Shown piece after piece: positions 52,431-60,000 of a stretch of DNA of 60,000 nt; the stretch's first letter is position 1, and every line of letters starts with the position of its first letter. The translations under genes were made by a program, and so were the position numbers. The DNA is from Lytechinus pictus (lineage: Eukaryota): the NCBI RefSeq assembly GCF_037042905.1, contig NC_087245.1, forward strand, positions 39,682,001 to 39,742,000, given 5' to 3'. The notes under the pieces were generated by a model. That model was not told the origin of the DNA and did no database searches. It saw nothing but the letters and a program-made list of their open reading frames with translations.

Positions 52431-53031
52431 ATAGTGGACTATGTGATGATGGGAGTCTTCAAGAATTACAGTGTGAAGATAGTCAAGATACACCTTTTCC
52501 CTAATAACGGGTCCACGAACGAAAGACACTTCCTAGTCCCAAGAATTCTCTTTACAACCATCATAGACTCGACATTTCCTTAACAAGGTCCATTCGTTTC
52601 TGGGTTTAGGTTCTTGTATATACTAAAATGAATCTGAATCTGCTTGTATTCAGGCCAAATACGACGAACGATCGAATATATTCGAATTCAACCTCAAGAA
52701 AAAGTGGGAGTATTATATCAGATAATTGATTTTAGGATGAGATAGCTCGCGATTAAAACGATGAGAGCATTGTTCCATTTCGCATTATACATCTGTGATT
52801 AAACCAATATAGGCCTGTAAAATGCAAATAAAGTAGATTTATTTTAGTCATAAACACTATTTTAGTCATAACGCCTCTATTCCCCCGAAGCAGTACACGT
52901 CGAAATATAGGCAAACACGTATCAGATTCCGTTGACCTTATTTTAATTACATAATAAAAAGTACAGTCGGTCAAATCCGCATGCATTTACATGTCCTATC
53001 AGGCGATGACATCCCGGTTAGTAAAGTACTA

Positions 53032-53976
53032 CACACAAAAAACAGAAACTTGCATGTGTTAGTAATCGTACTCAAATGTCAAAATAATTTTGACACTATA
53101 GCGACATACTTTGATGAGTACTTTCACTCAATGAAGGTACTTTGAAAACTCATCTTGTCGAGTATATTTCATTTGACACTATAGTGACACATCAAGTGAG
53201 TAAATTTGAATAACTCAATCTAATGAGTAACTTAACCCAGTGTAATGAGTATGTTTAAAGTATATTTACTGACTTTTTGAGTATGTGAGCATATTACACA
53301 CTTGATTAGTTTTTATGAGGTGTTGGAAAACACCTCATGAAAACTAATCAGTTGAGTTACTGACCCAAACCGAGAGGCGTGAGCCTCGGATGGATGAGAA
53401 TGTAGATCAATGCACCCTGTTGTCACCATAAATAGCATTTATGTTTGCCCCATACATGTAGGTCTAAGCTATTATTGTCAAGAAAAGTAATTATAGAAGA
53501 AAAGGGGGAAAATAAATAAAAAGACATGTAGAACTTACCAGAAAAGTCTTCATGCTCTGCACATTTGGCCGGTATCACGTGTGCGCGCAAGCAATTAACG
53601 CGAGATCCGAGTAAAATTACTTGGATGCATGATCTCAACACCCCAAAACTCACATACAAGAGTCATATACTACTCATTTTCTCAGCGCAGTTAATCGTCA
53701 GATTATCGCTTTACCTGGCTGTGAGTTTTTTCACCCGTTCTGCTATCATACCTTACAAACTTGAAGAAAAACTCATTTGTACGGATTGTTTTACATACTT
53801 TCACTGACAGGGATACTCAAGAAAAGTAGTTAATAAGTAATGTCCTTGAAAAAAAGATCAGGTGTAACAGAAACCCAGATTCTCGAGTAAAAACACATAC
53901 GTTACGAATTTTTGCACTTAATTCTTTATGTAAAAAACAATTTTACTCATGGAAAATAGTTCTCGTTTTTTGTGTG
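53032..53976. mobile_element. Non-autonomous CAC-terminal (EnSpm/CACTA-like) element
   Basis: TA|CACACAAAAAAC...GTTTTTTGTGTG|TA, many internal TGAGTA/TACTCA motifs, and an internal hairpin at about 53303-53350. Confidence 0.6.
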
Positions 53977-55295
53977 TAGTAAGTATTTCGATGGTCCCTT
54001 ATAAAATGATGCATATCGGTGCTGTATACTATTGACCCTTGTATCTACATTAGATGTGGAAACAGCGAATTACCTCGTCACGTAACAATCCTGACAATAC
54101 GTACGAGAATGCACCCCGAAATCGATAGGAAATGTGTTGCACTTTTTTCAGCGAGTTACATAGTTAGGCTGCCTTTATTTGATATTGGAATGTACTACTT
54201 TTAATTTCCCAGTCATTCAAAAGGTTGAAATCAGTTTGGGGTCTGTGAAAGGCTGATATGTTTATGTTTTTGTTTTTTGTGTCGATCTACAAGGCGCGGC
54301 CCTCTGGTCAGATTTGATAAATCATGATACTGAAATAAGAAAAAAAAATAATTAACTTTATCTGTTGGTCGCAGGGCCAGTCCTGGCGGGAGACTTTGAC
54401 CGATTTTTATCACATAACAAACGGAATCTCTGGCATGCTCCCATGTCTCCTCTCTCACTTTCTCTATAAACACCCCACCCCCCTCGTGTATCCCGGTCTA
54501 GACCCCCCCCCCTCCCCCTTCCTCTCTCCAAACACCCCCTCTTCGTCTATTTCCCCTCTCTATGATAAAAAGCGCAATTATTCTCTATAGATACTTATTG
54601 CTTATTCCATTCAATTCCTCCCACCCTCTTTCTCTCTCTTCCTTTACAAACACCCCTCCCTTAACCCCCTCTCTATGATAAAGCACAATCTTTAGAGGTG
54701 CTTATTGCAACTCTTTTATTGCACCCTCTTTCTCATTGTATTTTACTATTCTATACTGCCTCCTCCCACGCTTTCTTACTCCATTTTTCTCCTGTTTTCC
54801 CTCTTGTCTATTCCCTATTATTCACTCTATTCATATCAAACGCAGCCCCTATCACCCCCAACATCTTCTCTATCATTCTCGCTCCTAATTCCTTCTCCTT
54901 CTCACTGCCTCTTATCTCGACTCCCTCCATCCATCCTATCTCCCTGTTCACGTGATGTCTTGGGCTTTTACAGAAGCAGTTGTAGAAACAAATACAGGCA
55001 TGCGGACGCTGCTGTCAAGTGAAATGTCAGACTAGACTCTCACATGTCTAATTTTCAACCGTCTGGTGAGCATTTGCAACAACAATCAATGCAACATCAC
55101 GCCAAGTCTGTGCTGCATGGCATAAAAAGCTGGTAAAGGATTTCCCATGCAGTAGGCCTTTCATTTGCGTAAAATGGATAAAATTCAGTTAGTTTTGCTT
55201 TAATACCTACATATATAGGGTACCGTGGATTATGTTCTGGGTTCTTTCAAGAATAAAGACCTACGGTGAAAAAGTAGTATTTTTTTTGTTTTATA

Positions 55296-55907
55296 TACCG
55301 TAAGGGCACTAGTATTCAACCCGTTTGGAGAGTTTCCTCAAATATATAGAAATATAAAATTTACCTGAATTTCAGACCCGTCTTATTTTCAAGAGCAAAT
55401 GCTGGTTATTCTTTTTCCGTTATTTTTTTCTTCAACCCGTCGACTGTGTGCGCGGGCGATCGAATTATACGGCGATGGTTTTTGGCACTAGTATTCAACC
55501 CGTCGGCACTAGTATTCAACCTAGCAATGAAAGATGGCCCTGTCTCTCAATCTGCCCTCGTCCCATCCGACTATGGACTAGACCATTTGAGATGAGACCA
55601 AACAGGGAATTAATCAAAGCCAGAGACTTACGATCTAGATCTAATTTAGCGATCTAAACCATTATAAGATTCGCTATCTATCCTCACTAGGTTGAATACA
55701 AGTGCCATTCAGTGCAAAAGGCCATCGCCACATAATTCGATCCTCCGCGCGCTCAGTCGACAGATTGATAAAGAAAGTACCGACAACAGGTTACCCTGGA
55801 AATAACAAAGGTATGAAATTAAGATAAATTCCCTATTTCTAAATATTTGGGGGAATATGTCAAAATCTTTGAATTATGCTAGGTTGAATACTGGTGCCCA
55901 TACGGTA
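55296..55907. mobile_element. MITE, Tc1/mariner/pogo-like (TA-CCGTA ends)
   Basis: TACCGTAAGGGCACTAGTATTCAACC...GGTTGAATACTGGTGCCCATACGGTA. The GGCACTAGTATTCAACC motif is repeated internally in both arms. Confidence 0.8.
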
Positions 55908-56013
55908 TTGTCAGAAGAAAAAGTCCCGTCAATGTTATGGTGGGAAATAATGTTTTTGACGGGATTTTCTATTGTTTCCCACCATAACTTTGACGGGGTT
56001 TTCTTCTGACAAT
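55906..56013. repeat. Small foldback adjacent to the MITE
   Basis: TATTGTCAGAAGAAAA..CCCGTCAA.GTTATGGTGGGAAA / TTTCCCACCATAAC.TTGACGGG..TTTTCTTCTGACAATA. Confidence 0.8.
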
Positions 56014-59000
56014 ATTTCATTTGTGTTTACCTTGTCAAAGACGAAATATTTGCATTCTTTCTCTATGTGATTTTATTGAATGCAATTCTTTTTCCTTTAT
56101 GGTCTACTTGTGATGAATAATACGATATGAGATTTAAGTTTGTAAGAAAAGAAAATGTTTGAGAGTATGGGGGATGGGGAACTATCCCACGCAGAAGTTG
56201 AACAAAACACACTGCCGCAACGTGGAACCTAGGAAATTCATACTTTCACCGATACCTATCATGCCGATGCATATTTATTTTACACAAGGTTTTGGGCGGG
56301 GGGTGCTTAAATCCCTTTCTCTTCGGGCGTTGGAATCCAATTTCTTACAAGGTAACAATTGGTTGAAATGAAACCTCTTATCTCTCCTCCCCCATTCACT
56401 CATCATATTCTTCGACATTTTGGCCCGTGCGTTTTGTATTCCCGGTCGGGTCGAGACCAACTAACGTGCAAAGAAACATCGAACTTTTTTTTTTTGTTAT
56501 AACACAGTAAAAATGTCTTGAATGTGTAAGGTTTATATATAATATATCTTACTATCATTGGATAAGACCGTGAATATTTCAGTCCTCTTTGTGTCTAATT
56601 TTCACTTGAATTTATCTCTCTTTCTGACTTTCTTCAATGGTTACGATGCCTTTGTTGTGTAGCCCTTCCTGAATATCATTTGAACCTTCAAACTTAATTA
56701 CAGTTTTCTTGGCCTTAATTAGCCAACCACGTGTATCATGTGTATCACTATCAGACAATAGCATGCATGTCTTAAAATTAGATCAGACTTTCGAGTAGGG
56801 TGAACAAGAGAGAGAGAGAAACAGAAAGAGAGACAGACGGAGACTGCATGGGGTAAAGGTCGGCATTGAAAACAGCGCGTCATTTTCGATTATATAATTT
56901 CATTTGACTGACATTGAGTATAACATGTCAAGGCCTAACCATTATCAACTGAACAAATAATGCTAATTGAATGATAACACAGTATACGCACAAATTGTAT
57001 TTCAAAGAAACAAGGCTCATCAACCATAAACCAAAACTACTAAGCGGTTGGGACAGATGTAGCCTATAGTTACTAAAACGATAGTAGACGACATATAGTA
57101 TCACCACCTTTCCTCAGGTTCCTTTTGTACCGCTGGAATTTCATAACAAAAGGCAGACAGTGTTTTTAGTGGATTCATGTTTGCGGAAATCTCGGGATCT
57201 GTATTTATTGTTTTCCTTTTCAATGATTGGATGAATTTTGTTCTTTTTAAAAACTCAAAAGAAAAAAATAACGATACCTTTTGTTAGGAGTTGCAAGACT
57301 GCAACCAAAAAATTTGTAAACAGGGAATAGCTCACGTTTCATGATGTCAGCAAAACAACTGCCTTTGTATACTCATGTAATATTCGATATGATTATGATG
57401 GCCTTGCCGTCTTGGGACCATGAAAGCAAAACCTGCTATTATTAAAAACAGGAATAACTTGGTTGATTGGAAGTGTAAATAAAGAAAACAATGAGGCTTC
57501 AAACCGAATGAGTTGCATTGAAATTGAAATGTATTGCTTGGGAAGGGTGTGGAATTCATGCATGTTGGGTTTCTTTCCACACACACACACACACACACAC
57601 ACCCTCTCAGTCCATCATCCTCACTCTCATACCTAACGCACACACGCCGAACACATACCGACACGTGTCTCACGCGCACACACACAACTGAGAAACAAAA
57701 TATTTATTTCACTCCATATTCAATTCAAGTCAATGAACTATACGACGTTGAAGATTCGTCTGTAAATTCAAAATACACGTTTTCCTCTTTGTTTAAGTAA
57801 GATTGTTAATGCTCAAATAATAGAGAACGACATGGTCGGTAATTCTTTAATCTCTGCTTTTGACAGAGTCTTTCCATAGAGCTAGGCCAAAGTCTGACAT
57901 TCTGTTAATGCAGAACTTAATCAATCGAAAAAGAAGAATCCATTGTCATTTCGTTTTATAGAAACACAATGTATGTAATCCTTTAGTGAAATCACAGTTA
58001 AGTGGCAAATCTGTAAACATTATTTTATCATGTTTATGTCGATGAGGATTATTGCAATATAAATTCTTTTCGTTGGAGATCGTAATCTTTTGGTTTGGTT
58101 TCTCACGTTATCTACTATCGTTGTTATTAGAATGAATACTATTGTTATAATCATTGTTGCTCATTATTATTTCTATTTCTTGTAGATTTGATAGCAGTAT
58201 TTGGGTCGGGGGTCGGGAACAGACTTTAGAGCCGACCAGGTCCGACCTATCCTCGATGAAAAACCGTAATAAACAAGATGCACTGGTCATTGATTTAATG
58301 AAAAGTAAACCTTTAAGAAAAACAAATTATACGTAGCAAGGCAAAATCAAATCCTATAACAACCTTCTACGAGCTGCAATATAGCTCTATTTCCACACAT
58401 AATTTGAGCCTCCTGCATCAACTAGATCCTATATAAAGACGACACCCATTACTTATTTCAATGACGGTACCTGCTGAGTTACGGGGAAATAAATTTTTTA
58501 TTTTTGATGTTTTGTGATGCCTTCATGCGTCTGCAATTCATATTATTATTTTATTTACTTAAGGTAATAACAATCACAATAACAATTCACCGGTCATACA
58601 ATGTTTATTGTCCGAACGTAATATTCTTAACAAGCAAAGTATAGAAAGTGTTGCCTGAACTGTTCATAGTATCGCCGATGTCAGTTTTGTATATAATAAA
58701 TTTGCAGTCAATATAACCACTTGACTTTTTATCCTTAAAGGTTGAAAGATAAATGACAAGATGATGTATGCGATAGAGTCTCCACCAGCTATTCTCGTTT
58801 TTAGTACCGACGTATTTATGAGAATGTTTAGCAGTGACAGGACGGTCCTCGTCTCCGAGCATGCATGTATGCGGATAAATGATGTACCTGTTTAGAAATC
58901 ATACCGATAAAAGATAAACGTTGGTGCTGGCATGGACCTATTATAGGTCCATGGTACTGTTAACAGAAAATAAAATGTTCACAGAATTTGAATAATATCT

Positions 59001-60000
59001 GTCAAACAATAAAATAAGATTGTATGTTGGTGTTATCATTATGAAGTTAAGAAAATTAGTTAAAAAAATAGTCTGTTTATTCATGGACGCTAGGTCCATT
59101 ATTTATTGTGTGGTACCACATGTCGCTTCCTGTGTTAGCCACAAAGATATATGTATCTGAGGACCAATAGTGAGATGCTTATACACAACTACAAGGCTGC
59201 TATAGCCCTGCTGGTTCGTATTTGCTTTAAACTTCATGTAAGTTCTAGGAGCGGTTGACAAACTTCATTGGGGGAACGGTTTAGGCCTATTTCATGGCAT
59301 TCCCCATTCTCATAATATTATGATACTGCCATTCATTGTAAGTCACAATAGATCTTCTCTATTCTATTTGACCGGTCAATGATGGTTCCATCAGATTTCG
59401 TGGCCTCATAACCGTGTCAAAATGGATAGTTCTAAACAAACAAGGATTTAAACTGCTGTACGAATATTACCTTCAAACTGTCAAAGGGATTTTGATTGTG
59501 CTTGTCGAAAACGGCTTTGATGACATGTAAGAACTCATATTGTATAGGAAAATTTGAACTTTTGTCTAAACAACCTGTACTTGTGTATAGTGTCATTCGC
59601 CTCCACACCCCCCCCCCCTCTCACCACCTCCCCCAGACCCCATCCCAACCCTCCATACTCTTCTCTCACGTTCTCTTTCATTCTTCCCCTCTCTCTTTCT
59701 CCCTTTTATTCAAATGCTAAAGTTTGCACACGTAAACCATATAGGTCCATGCGTAACCCCGTCTTTACAGAGACACCCTCCCTCAATTTGTACAGAAGTT
59801 ATCTGCTGATCGTATCATCAACCTGTCCCCATCATGAACCGTGTTTTAGAGAATAAATTCCAGACTTTAGTCACGTGACGTTTAATACCACCGTGTTCTG
59901 AAATAGTATGCAGCATTCTTCTCTTGTGCCCTAAATAAAAGACTATAAGGCGTGGTCTCGCGCGGGAGTTCCCGCTTTCGTCAATTCCATTCTTTTCAGT

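Noticed and set aside
58186..58336. Acceptor TTCTTGTAG followed by an open frame (FDSSIWVGGREQ...) as candidate exon 2
   Set aside because: In the phase required by exon 1 it hits a stop after about 13 codons, and there is no clear donor or recognisable domain.

Overview
AT-rich, repeat-dense eukaryotic (animal) DNA. It is most likely an invertebrate deuterostome such as a sea urchin; this is inferred from a Deu/Nin-domain SINE and the TE repertoire, not from a search. Only one host coding exon is well supported: a TATA/Inr promoter (35631/35662), an ATG-free 5' UTR and a signal-peptide exon (35894-35951, MKFLVCVALLAVVPSVFAA, phase-1 GTAAGT donor) of a secreted or membrane protein. Its first intron appears to span the rest of the window (about 24 kb). 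The only long ORF is an intact APE-endonuclease + reverse-transcriptase ORF of a non-LTR retrotransposon (41346-44348, minus strand), and a decayed relative lies at about 29.5-31.2 kb. The rest is a mosaic of non-autonomous DNA transposons/MITEs (TTAA Kolobok- and piggyBac-like, 8-bp-TSD hAT-like, TA Tc1/mariner-like, TWA Harbinger-like, TAG...CTA Academ-like foldbacks), two tRNA-derived SINEs and simple repeats, several of them cleanly nested. The most interesting signals are a hammerhead-ribozyme core at an inverted junction (7324-7374, Penelope/retrozyme-like), multi-layer TE nests with readable TSDs, and near-perfect palindromes. Most short ORFs in the track are spurious.
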